Below are positions 41,762-61,453 of a stretch of DNA of 64,000 nucleotides, in pieces; the stretch's first letter is position 1, and each line of letters starts with the position of its first letter. The position numbers and the translations under genes were made by a program. This DNA is from the human T2T-CHM13v2.0 reference genome, Homo sapiens: NCBI RefSeq assembly GCF_009914755.1, contig NC_060936.1. One strand, given 5' to 3'. The notes under the pieces are model-generated. The model was not told the origin of the DNA, searched no databases, and saw nothing but the letters and a program-made list of their open reading frames with translations.

Positions 41762-43558
41762 GTATGTATAATGATGAAGAAATAACTCCCTGAAATGTAG
41801 TAGAGAAATAGTAACAAAATTCTTAGTGCTGGCTTAGCTTCATTGATCCAAAAACATAAATGTTACTTTACTAATAACTGAGGCATATTATTTTAATTGT
41901 TCTGATTGTAATATACAGGCAGGATGAAATTATTCTTTGAGAATTTTTTATCAGAAAAACAGAGGTAATGTGCTATCAGTTACTATTTAGGAGTTTTATT
42001 TTTGAAGTCTTTGAGCATCAAGGACTTTTCTTTAGTTACCACAAGATGGGGGTATTTCCTCCTTTTTGCAGTTTATAATCTCATGAATTAGTGCAGTGAA
42101 TTGAGGATGCAGTAAAAATATCTTCAAAGATTATTAAATTCTTGATTATAAAACACATGTAAGAGTTTATGTGCGTGTGTAGAAAAGAGATATACATCAA
42201 TAATTTTTAATGAATACAAGAAAGAGAACTACCAATTGGAGCAAATTTTTCAAATACAAAAATCCATGAATATAGGCAACATCTTTTCAATAATATCTTA
42301 CCAGGAGAAACGTGGCTCCTCTAGGTAAGCAGCCCTTAGTGCGCATCTGCCCGAAGTCCAGATTGATCCAGCCAAGCTGTGGGGCTTCACAGCTCACACT
42401 GAAGCATTTAGGGTCTAAACCCCACTTCATTCTTCTGTACAATGAATAGGAAATCAGTGATCTAAATGAGTTTAAATTTTATTAGGGATTTAGACTGCGA
42501 TTCAGACTCTGACTCTGTTCCTCCCAGAACTAGGTTCAACATGAATTGCAATACAGATATGAGACAGTGAATTATAACAGTGACAAAGATCTTCCTTCCG
42601 ATTTCTGATTTTTCTAGCAGCCCCTTTCTTTCTGCTTCCCACCTGCCTTCAACTCTTTCTTCTACAAAAGTTCAGTTGGGGTGAACGTTTAGTGACTTAG
42701 AACATCATTATTTTAACGTGATCCCAAAACGGCTTTCATTACATGCAAAGCTACATATTTATTTACATTTTCTAAAATGTTCTAAATTGGTTTCTTATGT
42801 CCAAAAGAAGGGGAGCTAGTTATAAGAAAACAGAACTGAGTAACATAAGAAAGTGCTAATCGTTGCAAATCAATGTTGGAAACATGCAAAGCACAAAGAA
42901 TCAATTTCATAAACTCAACCAATTATTAACATGAATAATTCCTAATTCTTGCATCTATATAACATCAGTGATCTGTGAGGTGAACTAAGATACTGAATAA
43001 AAAGTAAATAATAAGGCAATTTTTCCAAGCCAAAAAAAAAGTTTTCTTTTATTAATGGTGGAATTTCACCAATTAATGTTTTTCAAATAAGTATTTCTTA
43101 AACTTTTAGTGCCTACTATTGCTTGTAAGTTAATAAACCCTAGCAGAAAACAAAATCATCAAGGAAATGGTAAACAAATATTAATGGGAAAATTAATGGG
43201 AAATTTGTATAACCTTAATTCTTAACATGTCTTATGAATTAATTTTTAAGATGTAAAAGTTTATTCTTGGTGTTTGTTAATTGAGTTTATTAACCTCTCA
43301 CAAATTTGAGGAATTTTATTCCCTAAAGGAACGTGAGGAACACTAGTAGTTCATGAAAATGCTGGAGACGCATGCACTTGGCTGGGAAGGTAGGATAGGC
43401 TGAGGAAGTCAGACTTAGCATAAGAACCTGGTAAGCAGTGGATCAATGTTAGCTGTTTTCACTTATTGCACTAGTATAACCAGTTTGATGATACATACTT
43501 TAGCCCCAGCTATTATTTAAGACCTGGTTTAATATTTTATGTTCTTTTTCCTATGCAG

Positions 43559-43677
43559 ACTGGGAAAGGGTTTCTTCGGGCCATAAAAGCTACTCCAATG
43601 GCTGTGGCAGACGTAATTCCAGTTGATACAGTCGTCAATCTCATGCTAGCTGTAGGATGGTATACTGCAGTTCACAG
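43559..43677 (+). CDS. FAR2: FAR2 coding exon 6 (TGKGFLRAIKATPMAVADVIPVDTVVNLMLAVGWYTAVH)
   Basis: ttcctatgcag|ACT acceptor, AG|gtgtgg donor, 119 nt; DVIPVD motif. Confidence 0.96.
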
Positions 43678-44192
43678 GTGTGGATGCTCAAGTGGGCTTT
43701 CAAAGACTTCATGAGGGGCAGAGTGAATATATTAGGCCCATTTTCCAAATATAGGCATTTCATTGTACAAGACCCCAAATGTGTGAAAGTGCGTATTTCA
43801 ATATTTTATAGAGTTCCTAATATGCCATCATATATGCATTGAGTTGTTTTATAAATACAGTTTAGTACTTGGCTACTCATAAAGTAATAAAACCTTTAAA
43901 TCACTTAACCATAAAATTCTTGATAACCAAAAGGCTTTTCTTTCTATTCAGTAGTCTAAAATTCAGCTTTCTCTTTTAGGGCAAAGGAGATAGAAGCTGA
44001 TGAAATGACAGAATTTTTTTTTAATTGAACTCTGGTAAATGCCAAAAGTTCAGTCACGATGTGTGGGGAAGCTTCCTGGTACAAAGGAAAAAAAATAGGT
44101 TGTTCATATATTTGGGTCTGTTAGTAAATTAAATTTTTCTTATGTGAACTCACATATATGTACTCCATAATATGTCACTCCTATTTAACATC

Positions 44193-44197
<5 letters not shown>

Positions 44198-44225
<28 letters not shown>
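44198..44225. repeat. (CA)14 microsatellite
   Basis: Seen directly. Confidence 0.9.
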
Positions 44226-44413
44226 TGCTTTTCCTAGTCTTCTTCCATTTTGCTTATTAACCCAGAGAAAGAATGAACGATGGAAGCCTTTCATAGGTTG
44301 CCTTAATCAGATGAATTACTGAAACCACTCTGTCTAAATATTATTTTTCCTTATTTTTCTCTCATTAGTTTTCTATTTTGTTGTACTTATCTAATTTTTA
44401 TTTCATTTTCCAG

Positions 44414-44481
44414 ACCTAAGTCAACATTAGTCTACCACATTACATCTGGTAACATGAATCCCTGCAATTGGCACAAAATGG
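44414..44481 (+). CDS. FAR2: FAR2 coding exon 7 (PKSTLVYHITSGNMNPCNWHKM)
   Basis: ttttccag|A acceptor, G|gtaagt donor, 68 nt, phase consistent. Confidence 0.95.
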
Positions 44482-45772
44482 GTAAGTACTTTAGCTATGT
44501 AACTCTATAATTACTAGTGTCTGGCACAGAGAAAAAGTTGACAAAGTGTGTCATGGAGCTTAGAGCTTATATGGGGAGAAAGACAAAAAGTAAGTAAAGA
44601 GACAAAATAATGAGAAATTGTAAATGTGTGATAGTTAACTAGAATGTACTGTGGTTACCAAAGAAAGGAGTCAGTGGCAACATGTACAAGATTGTAAGCA
44701 GTAAGGGGTCCATTGGCTATAGCGATTTTAAAAATGATGAAACAAAGCAAAAGTTGGCAGTTATAAAGAATGTCAGTGATAAAATACTGAAATACTCCTC
44801 CCTGTTGGAGCAATGGCTCCTACACACACCCCTTCCCTTCTTGATATGTCACTGAGAATGCGACATCATCAATGACCAATGAGATAGAAAAGTTAGGTGA
44901 TATTAATCCTTTGTTATTGAGTCCATCATACTGATCATTAATTTATGCAGCTTGCCTCTCAGGTGTGCAATAACCACTCCACTAGCGATTTGTAAAAGTG
45001 AATAGGAAGCACTATGGGAGAAATAAAAACAACACCCAGATTCCTTGAACCCTGGGACCAAGGTCTTGGGTGGTGCTGAGGAAACTATATGTTTAATAAG
45101 CATCTAGATGATTCTTGATGCTTGGTGAAACAGAGAAACCCTGTACTATACAAATGATTGATCTGTCTGAATGTAAAGGATTGGATCTGTTCAATGTATA
45201 AAACCATGGAAATAGAGTTGAGTACAACTTAAACATCTAATGATGGTAGAAAGTTAAAGTAGGGAGTTTGGCTATTCTGTAGGATTTCTTACTACCTACT
45301 AATGCACACTTTCTTTCCCTGTTACATAGGTAACACTACCTCTACACATTCCAGTGGTAAGCCATGGTGCCACACTGAGAGTTCTATTGCAGGGCAGCTA
45401 GACACTGTGGCTCATTTTATAATAGGCTTTGAATTGAAAAATGCTTTTCCAAGAATGGAAAATACCTGGCATGCAGGTATTTTTCTCTCCTCCTCTTACA
45501 CCTATAGCAAACATTGTTGGCTGATACAACATTGTTTCTTCCTGTGCCAAGGCTCTGTTCTAGATTCCCATCTAATATAGCATTTCTGGAAGATATTACT
45601 AATTAATCTGATGTTGCATTCAAATTAAATTAGTTTGTGTTTCCTACCAGGGTTAAGAGGGATCAAAATGCTTCCTACTAGGAGCAGTAGCCATGCCATA
45701 GGAGGTTGAACATACATAGCCTCAGGTGACATTACAAGGAGTGACAGACAGCTGGGTCGGTGAACATGGGAT

Positions 45773-45894
45773 ATCAGAATCTCTTATGCTATCAACCTGT
45801 GCATAACTTTTGGTTATGCACAGAACCAAATGTTTTAATAATGCCACATATGTTTTAATAAATGCCTATGAACCGGTGATTCTTGAGACTCTTC
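45773..45894 (+). repeat. Dispersed direct repeat, copy 1 (contains a 28-bp hairpin segment)
   Basis: Matches 48466-48560 apart from the 28-bp segment and a few differences. Confidence 0.92.
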
Positions 45895-47454
45895 AAATTT
45901 TAAACTATCCTGCCATTTTTAGGATAAACCCAAGTTGGTCATAGCATATTATCTTTTTTATATTCTGTTTAATTCAGTTTGCTAATATTTCCCTTGTTGT
46001 TTTCTATTGTCTGAAAGTGTTTGTGTAATATTGGAGCAATCTATTCCTTGGAAACTTGGTAAAATTACCTATAAATTATCTGGATTTGTAATTTTGTTGT
46101 GAAAGGATTCTGTATTGCTTCAATAGTTAAAGAATTTTGCAGGCTTTCAGTTTCTACTGGAATCAGTTTTAGTAAATTATATTTGTCTCTTTTTCTAATA
46201 ATTTGTTTTAAAATGTATTCACATAAAATTTTTCACATTACATCAATTTTTTTGTCCTAAACTGTATTTATAATTATGTTTCTCTTTTAATTCATAATAG
46301 TTGTGTGTCTTCTCCAAAGGGTTTATTATTTTTTTCAAAGAACCAACTTCTGGCTTTATTGATTCTTTATTATGTTGCTTCATTTTCTACTGCATTGATA
46401 TATTGCCTTATCTCTATTTTCTCCTTCCTCCTGTTTTCTTTGATTATTTCTTTCTTCTCTTTAACTTAGAAATATAGCTCACGAATATTCGGCTTTTCTA
46501 ATACATGCATTTATGGCTTTATATTTCGCTCAAATGCCACTTTGGCTGTATCCCACACATTTAGTTGTATGATGTTTATGTTATTACTCTCTAAGCATTA
46601 AGCATTTTTCATTTAAATTCTTCTTTGACCTATGAGGATGTAGAAGTGCAGTTTTCAATTGCCAAATTAAACTTTCTACATGTGCATGAATTTCTACTTG
46701 TCCTTCAGATCAGAAAGACAGTAGCTTAATGGTTAAAAGTCTTGGGCTTTAAGATCTAATAGACTTGGATTCAAATCTTAGCTCATTCATTCACTCCTGT
46801 ATTCATTAAATAGGCATTATTCTTGGGCTATGGATACATCACTAAACAGAAATCCATGCCCACACAGATGTTATATGCTGGTATGGGTCCTACCATTTAG
46901 TAGACTCCACTACTTACTAGTTGTATCAACTTGAAAAAGTCACTCAGTTTCTCCCTGTAGATCTTTTTTTTTTTTTTTTATCTGTCAATGAGAATAATAA
47001 TTATTCTATTCCAGGGAGCTCTTGGGAGGATTTAATGAGATAAAGTGCTTAGCACAGTGATTAGAACGGTGAACATTTCAGTAAACGCTTGCTATTACCA
47101 TTTGGACAGCTTTCTCAGAAAGCCTTTCCTAACCCAGCCTCACCCCTCCCCTTCCTGGCACCCAGACAGAGCTAGAGGCTTCTTTTGTCTTCCTCCAGAG
47201 CAGAATACTCTGCACTGATCTCTAGCAGAATACTCAGGCAAAATATTGCAATCATAAACTGTCCACACCTCCCACCAAATTGCCAATTCCTTAAAGACAG
47301 GGAATATATCATATATATTATTATTATTTTTTTACCTCAGCACCTACCACAATGCCTAGCAAGTGTTAAATGCTAAATAAATGTATTTGTAATGACTAAA
47401 AGAAGGATTGGTATGGATTTAGGAAATGGAAAGTAATTGTATGTTGCTGAGCTA

Positions 47455-48460
47455 TTTATTCATTCATTTACTCAAAAAATATTTATTGGGCACTGATTAC
47501 CTGCCAGCCACTTTCAAGGTACTATATAGGTTGAAACAAAACAGACAAAATTTTGTTATGGTACTTAAATCTTAAAAAGGAGAAATATACATCAGATATG
47601 GTTGAGAGACTGCAAAAAAATAAAACAGACTAAAGAAGTAAATAGTGATGTGGGAAGGCTGCTATTTTATATGTGATGGCCAAGGAAAGTCTCCCTGATA
47701 AGGTGTCATCTTAGCAGAGACCTGAAAGAAGTGAGGGGGCAAATCAGAGGGACATGTGGAGGAGATATTCCAAGTTGAAGAAACAATAAGTGCTACAGCT
47801 CTTTAATCATATTCAAGGACAGCAAGGAGGCCAGTATGGCTGCAGCAGAAGCACTGAGGGGGAGGATGGTAGGAGATAAAGTCAGAGTGGTGGGCAGAGA
47901 GAGTGAGGATGCAGAGTGTGCAAAGCCTTCCAGACCATGGCTTTGCCTCCAAATGAGATGAGATTCCACTGAAGGGCTCTGAATGGAGAAGTATCTGTAA
48001 TATATTCTGAGTTACATTTTACAAGAATCACTCCGGCTGCCACATGGAGGTCAGACTGTAGGAGTACAAGGGTAGTGGCAGAGACCATTTAGGACAGTAC
48101 TGCAACACTCCAGGCTACAGTAGTGGTTTGGATCAGAGACACAGAAGGTGGAAATTATGATTCTGGGTATTTTTCAAACAGAAGGCTGATAGATTTTGTT
48201 GAATTGTGTGTGGGTTGTTAAAGAGAAGAATCAAGGATGACCCCAAAGTTTTTGGCTGAACTACTAAAAAAACTGAATTACCATTTGGTTAGAGGTAGAA
48301 GATTAGTGAAGAAGCAAGTTTGTGTATGCATTGGGAAGGGGGTGGTTGGTAGTGGGAGTATCAGGAGGCCAATTTTAGAGCTGTTAAATGTGAATGTCTA
48401 TTACACATCCAGATGGAAATGTTGAACAGGTATATGGATATATACATCAGAATGTCAGTG
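47455..48460 (-). mobile_element. L2 remnant
   Basis: ATTCATTCATTTACTCAAAAAATATTTATTG tail motif and GA-rich L2-like body; approximate boundaries. Confidence 0.6.
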
Positions 48461-48465
48461 TTGAG

Positions 48466-48560
48466 ATCAGAATCTCTTACGCTATCAGAACCAAATGTTT
48501 TAATAATGCCACAAATGTTTCAATAAATGCCTATGAACCAGGTGATTCTTGAGACTCTTC
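48466..48560 (+). repeat. Dispersed direct repeat, copy 2
   Basis: ATCAGAATCTCTTA...GGTGATTCTTGAGACTCTTC. Confidence 0.92.
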
Positions 48561-49372
48561 TTTGTATAGGATTTATATTTTCAGACAGATTTTAGCTGGT
48601 ATTTTTTTAAGGAGGGCAATAATCATATTACCATAATAAGTGATATCATCATAATTGAATAATGAGCTTAGGCATATGCTTTGAAAAAAAACCTACATAC
48701 ATTAAATAAAATTGAATTCAAATGAATATCTTTTGGAAACAACTACTGAATTCACAAATGTACATAAAAAGTTCTTAAGCTTAATCTAAGTAATAATATA
48801 AAAAGAAAAATACTATTATGAATAAAACTCTGGATACCAGAGTGGACAATTGAGTCTAACATATTCCCAGAGAAGTATTTGAAGTAGACTAACACAAAGA
48901 AATCTTGCCTTGAGAATCTTTACAATCTTTTACTTAAACCTTTAATAAAGATTCAAATAAAATGTTAAGAAACTTTCTAAATGGTTCTGAAAGTAATGGT
49001 CCAGCCAGGGAAATAAGGTCTCTCGCCTCTGTCTTGGGGCTTTCAGAATAGACTGGATGACCTTAGAATTAAAGGCAGATTCATGTTTTTCTGAACAGTA
49101 CCTCCTTGTATTGACAAGTGTTTCCCCAATAGTTTGTTTTACAGTAAATGCTTCAACTAAAGAATCCAATTATTAACCCATTCACACTGTTTCAGTTTGC
49201 AGATAACCATTTGCCCAGCACAAAAATCTTTATATTGTTCTCAGAAATTGATTCTTGACTCTACACAGCAAATCCTTCGTCTTTATTGTTTTGACCCATT
49301 ACAAATGCTTTCCACTATGATGGACTTATATTCTCCTTTTCTCCTCTAGCACTTACTTTCTTTTTTCCCCAG

Positions 49373-49544
49373 GAGTCCAAGTCTTGGCAACCTTTGAAAA
49401 AATCCCATTTGAGAGACCTTTCAGGAGGCCAAATGCTAATTTTACCAGCAACAGCTTCACATCACAGTACTGGAATGCGGTCAGCCACCGGGCCCCTGCC
49501 ATTATCTATGACTGCTATCTGCGGCTCACTGGAAGGAAGCCCAG
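49373..49544 (+). CDS. FAR2: FAR2 coding exon 8 ([23 protein letters not shown]...[19 protein letters not shown])
   Basis: ttttccccag|GA acceptor, AG|gtgaga donor, 172 nt; start of FAR C-terminal domain. Confidence 0.96.
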
Positions 49545-49663
49545 GTGAGAAGCTGAGTCAATGGCTTTGAGAGTGTCACTGCATGGGAGATTAAGGCCCC
49601 AAAATCTTTAGTGCTTCCTTCAGCCGAGGATTAAAGGAGACAACTGAATCTTACCCATATATA

Positions 49664-50028
49664 CAGATTGAACACACCTAATCTGAAAATCCAAAATCTG
49701 AAATTCTCCAAAATCCAAAACGTTTTGAGTGCTGACATGATGCCACAAGTGGAAAATTCCACATACCTTACCTCATGTGATGGGTCACAGTCAAAAGACA
49801 TTCAAAACTGTTTCATACATAAAATTATTTAAAATATTATGTAAGATTACCTTCAGGCTCTGTGTATATGGCTAAGTGTGTATGAAACAGAAATGAATTT
49901 TGTGTTTAGACATGGGTCCCATCCCCAAGATAGCTCATTACATATATGCAAATATTCCAAAATCTGAAAACAATCAAAACCCAAAACACTTCTGGCCCAA
50001 GTATTTCACATAAAGGATACTCGACCTG
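49664..50028. mobile_element. Tigger4/MER46-type non-autonomous DNA transposon
   Basis: Degenerate terminal inverted repeats CAGATTGAACA... / ...ATACTCGACCTG, TA on both sides, ~365 bp, internal AAAATCCAAAATCTGAAA repeats. Confidence 0.8.
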
Positions 50029-51442
50029 TATAAGTTTTGAACAAAGCAGTCATAGTGAGAAGCCACAAAAGACATTAAAAATGTTCCAGCACAATAAAGG
50101 AAGGTAAATGTTAAAGAGGTTGATGAATTCAGCAAGTAATCATTCATGCGAAAAGAAAAGCAATTGAGACTCTGTCACTAGGGTTTTCTGAATAGGTAGA
50201 TAATCTTAAATATACAATAATGATGACAACCTCACTTACTGAGAGTTTACTGTGGCACTCGTGGGGCTAAGGCTGATGCATGATGATCCCATTTTCATTG
50301 TCACAGCTACCCAAGGAAGATGTCCTCATCATCCCAATTTTACAAATGGGGAAATAGAAGCTAAGGAAAGAATCTGAATTAGTCTCAAAGGAAGTGACAG
50401 GAAGGATGTGGAGAAAGCCGAGTCTCAAAGTCAGTATTCGGAACCAGATTTACTGCCACCTAGAGATGAGTGAAGAAATTAGAGGGAACACAGTGTGCTG
50501 ATGCTAAGGCAGCTGTCACCACCTAGCTGTGTGACACAGGACATACGCCTTTATCTGTCTCGCTTGAATAATATTATGTGTCAGAGGAGTCATTGTTATA
50601 ATTGCCTAAGGCAATTCTCGTGATCAAGAATCAGAAGTATGAACAGTATTGCCTTCTGTGCTAGCCCCTTTATAAGGGAGGAAGTCTTCTTCAGCGTGTT
50701 TGTCATCTTTATTAGCAGTGCAAATGACTAAAACTTAGCCAATGTAGAGTTTATCTAAATTTTTAAAGACCTCATTTGGAGCTCATAACTCAGTTCTTGA
50801 GCAAGGTGAAAAGGAAACATTGTGATTATGGGGAAAATATTTGTATGGGGCTTATTAAATAAAGACAGGAAAAGAAGAAAACCCAAATATTGTAGGCAGA
50901 AATGCTAAAGGTTTTAAAATATATCAGGATTGGAAGAGGGCCTGCATAAAGAACAAAGTTCAGTTAGGAAAAAAGAGAAACACAGAAGGAAGAGACACAA
51001 TAAAAATCTATATGTATCTTGTGAGAAGTCAAACAGTAATATTTGTGGGAAATGGGTTGGTTTGTTGTGTGGTATGTATTTTAGCAATAATCTTTATGGC
51101 AGAAAAAGCTGAAATCCTTCTAGACCCTTTCCTGCTCCAGGTGTGCTTGTGTATACTCTCCTATGCTTTTACATCCATATATGGACGTACATAGTTTGCT
51201 TTGCAGTAGGGGGGTATGTGTGTATATAAATCAATTGTACATATTTTACAACTTTTTCCACTAATTTTCCATGAAAATCTAAGTCATTCTGCCCGGTGTT
51301 GTCTTTTTTTTCTACTGCAAATAGGGCAATGAATATCAGTGTGCATGCCTCTTTGTAGAATGTGCCTGTGTCAGGAGAGGATGCTGAGGAGGGAGACTGC
51401 TGGATTGAAGAGTATGTGGAGTTTGTGACTAGTGCCAGGTGA

Positions 51443-51853
<411 letters not shown>

Positions 51854-52451
51854 TAATGGGGGTAAGAATACTTTGTAAAAATCAACTTCTGAATTGTCAA
51901 ACTCATAAGGAATGACATCTTTTTGTTTTTTTGATTTGCATTCATGATTGCTGGAGGGGCTGGACTTTCATTCATTTATTGGACATTTAAGTTTTCCCCT
52001 CTGTGTGCTGCCTGCTTCTGCTCCCTATTTTCCTATTGGGTTGTCCTTATTAATGTATGGGAACATGTGTGTGTGAATACATATTTCATATATTTTCTCC
52101 AGGTCTGTTTCTTTTTAGCTTTGACTATAAAGCTTTTTGTAATATGAGTGAAGATACATATAATGCAGGGCTTAGGAACATGGAGTTTGGAGTCAGGCTT
52201 ATAGGATTTAAATCCTGGCTTCACCAATTTAGCCATTAGAGCCCTAAATTACTTCATCTCTCTAAATCCTAACTTCCTATTCTGTAAAATGGGCACAGTA
52301 ATCGTAACCTATTTTATATAGTTTAATATGAGTGCTTAGAATATAATAATCCCTATTAATACTAAAGATGTTTAAAATTTTTATGTGGTAAAATGAATCA
52401 ATCATTGTTTTCCTTCAGCTTTTGCATTTTGGGTATTAAGAAGACCTTCTT

Positions 52452-52750
52452 GGCTGGGTGTGGTGGCTCACACCTGTAACCCCAGCAATTTTGGAGGCTG
52501 AGGAAGGAGTATCACTTAAGCCCAGGACTTCAAGACCAGACTAGGCAACATAGTGAGACCCCATCACTACAAAAATAAAATTTAAAAACGTTGTCCAGGC
52601 ATGGTGGCATGTGCCTGTAGTCCCAGCTACTCAGGAGTCTGAGGCAGAAGATTGCTTGAACCCAGGAGGTCAAGGCTGCAGTGAGTCATGATTGAGCCAC
52701 TGCACTACAGCCTGGGCAATAAAGCGAGACCCTGTCTCAGACAAACAATA
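52452..52750 (+). mobile_element. AluJ
   Basis: Dimer; TSD AAGACCTTCT. Confidence 0.9.
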
Positions 52751-53775
52751 AAGACCTTCTCTATCTGGGAGTAATACAAGTATATTTTCTAAAACATATC
52801 ATTAGGTTGATATAGTTCTGTACATCCAATGATATCATGTCCAACCGTTATTTTTAACAATTAAAATAAATGTATTGAAATCATATCAATTGCATCAGAG
52901 TTGGAGAATGACTAAAGATTTAGATAATAGTAAAGTGGAACCCTATTATGGTGCTTATATCAGGCACAATGATGTCTACCTCATGCCTAAGAAATTTCCT
53001 ATGATACAGTAAGAGAAATACCTCATGAGTCATTAAGTACATGGGCATTAACTTTGACCAGAAGTAAGACCAAATCCCCACAATAGCATCATAATTACTG
53101 AGCCAACTATAGTAATCACTACTGCCAAGACTGGTTAACTACAAATCAAGTGCTTTACAGGCCAAAAGTGACTTGTAGCTAAAAGACCTAGGTTGGGGAT
53201 TAGCTATGGGACCTTGAGCATAATCTCTCTGTAAAATGGAGATACATAATATACATCCTGACTATCTTACAGCCATATTGTTAGGATCAAGTAAGATTGT
53301 ATATGAAAGTTTTTTGTAAATTGTTATAAAGTTGGGAGGTGCACAAAGAAGATCTGGTCCAAGTCCTGACCACAAGATTGGACAGTGTGGTTCATCTTGT
53401 GTAATGGGACACAGGGTAGTGAGATTACACAGCGCAGGTTTTTTGAGGTCAGTTAAAACTGGGTTGGAATTTGACTTTGACACTTTTTATCTTAAGCTTA
53501 TGTTACTCATTTGTAAAACTGCAGACTTACCTAACAAAGATGATATCAAAATTAGCAGAGAGAATACTTTGTGAAAGTATCAGGACTGTGCCTAACACAG
53601 AATAGGTTATCAACAAGAAGTTTTTTTTTTTTTTAATCTCCACTATGATTGACAACTGCTTTTGATTCAACAAACACTAATACAGTCAACACTTCTGCCC
53701 AAAAGTTACATACTAAGACCTCAGATCCTATCAACTTCTTAAAATACAAGAAAGTACAATAAAAATGAGAAATAA

Positions 53776-53965
53776 GGCCAGGTGCAGTGGCTCATGCCTG
53801 CAATCCCAACACTTTGGGAGGCCAAGGCAGCTGGCTCCCTTGAGCCCAGGAGTTCAAGACCAGCCTGGGCAACATGGCAAAACCCTATCTACAAAATATA
53901 CAAAAAATTAGCTGGGCCCCACTGCGCTCCAGCCTGGGTGACAGAGTAAGACCCTGTCTCAAAAA
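53776..53965 (+). mobile_element. Alu with most of the right arm deleted
   Basis: AATTAGCTGGGC joined to CCACTGCGCTCCAGCCTGGG. Confidence 0.85.
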
Positions 53966-54326
53966 GAAAGATGAGAAAGTTTTCTAATTGTCTACATCAG
54001 AATTCAAAAAATGAACAGTATGTCATTCAAGCTGAATAGTTGGCTCACTTTTAAAATAGGTTTGCTATTCTTGAGAAATAGGTGTTAGAAAAGGAGTCTG
54101 GTATTAAATGCCTAACAGAACAAGCTCCTTTAGATCCAGCCCTTTTCTTTTTCTGTTGAATGAATAGAGAGTTAATGTGGAAGGAGAAAAAAGAAGAAGA
54201 ATTTTAATGAGGAGTGGTAGACAGGGATAATTTTTGTATTTTCTTAAAAATAATTTCTCATACATCCCTGTAGAGTGACAGGGAAGTGGTGCGCTGATAT
54301 TTACTCCTATCTGATGGTTATCTCAG

Positions 54327-54456
54327 GATGACAAAGCTCATGAATCGGCTTTTAAGAACTGTTTCCATGTTGGAGTATTTCATCAACCGGAGTTGGGAAT
54401 GGAGCACGTACAATACAGAAATGCTGATGTCTGAGCTGAGTCCTGAAGACCAGAGA
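54327..54456 (+). CDS. FAR2: FAR2 coding exon 9 (MTKLMNRLLRTVSMLEYFINRSWEWSTYNTEMLMSELSPEDQR); gene continues past window end
   Basis: tatctcag|G acceptor, AGA|gtaagt donor, 130 nt; cumulative CDS 1257 nt (phase 0), no stop reached. Confidence 0.95.
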
Positions 54457-55342
54457 GTAAGTAGAGCACTGACTTAAGCACCAGGAAAATGCTACTCACT
54501 TGGAATTTAGAATTATTTGATTTGGAAAGCTGATGAATGAATAAGACGTTTGGTTATAGACACAGATTTTGTTTTGCTTTGTTTTTCTAAGAAAATCAGT
54601 CAATGCTATCAACACCACCGTAGGAAACAAGTTTAATGTAAGTAAGAAATGTAGGTTCTTGGACTTTGGTTAAATCTTTAACTGCTGATCTGCCAACATG
54701 TTTTATCTACTGCACTTCAATCGTTTTGTCACTCCTTGATAGTTATCATTTCTACAAACCCTCAGTACCTCTGGGTGGCTGTGTTCTTCCCTTATCTGCC
54801 ACAGCATATGACTTCAATGAAAAATAATGATTTTATTGCTTATAAACTCAATCATCCACTATTCTTGTCCAATCAAAATTGTTCTGCCTCTCCCAGCTAC
54901 AGTTCCTTCCTTACCTTGTTAAAGCTAATCCCTACACCTATGCACTCTGCCTCACCTCAGACCTCCCTTCATCAGTGCTGCATCGTCGATCTCCCTCTCT
55001 ATAGGATTTCTCTACAACAGTTCAGACTTTCATTTCTCAAGACAGGTCTTCAGTTTAATTCCTTAGCACCAGCACCACTTATTTCTTTAACTTCTTGGCA
55101 GTCACAAAGGATAAGTCCTAAAATCTTTGCATATTCTGAAATTCTTTTGTATATTATACATGTTCCTAGCCTTTTTCTCAGTCATGTATCCCGTTTTTAA
55201 CTAAATTTTAAGGTTTTCACTCCATATTGATTGACATTTCCCACTAAGAAACAATTTTCTAAAATGTATCTTTTGTTTTATTTTGTACCTGACAGCATGT
55301 AGAAGAAACCAAGTCACACTGGGGAGTAAATATCAGATGGCT

Positions 55343-61453
<6,111 letters not shown>

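Noticed and set aside
54736-55200. 154-aa ORF
   Set aside because: Non-ATG start; pyrimidine-rich decayed repeat-like DNA with no recognisable homology.
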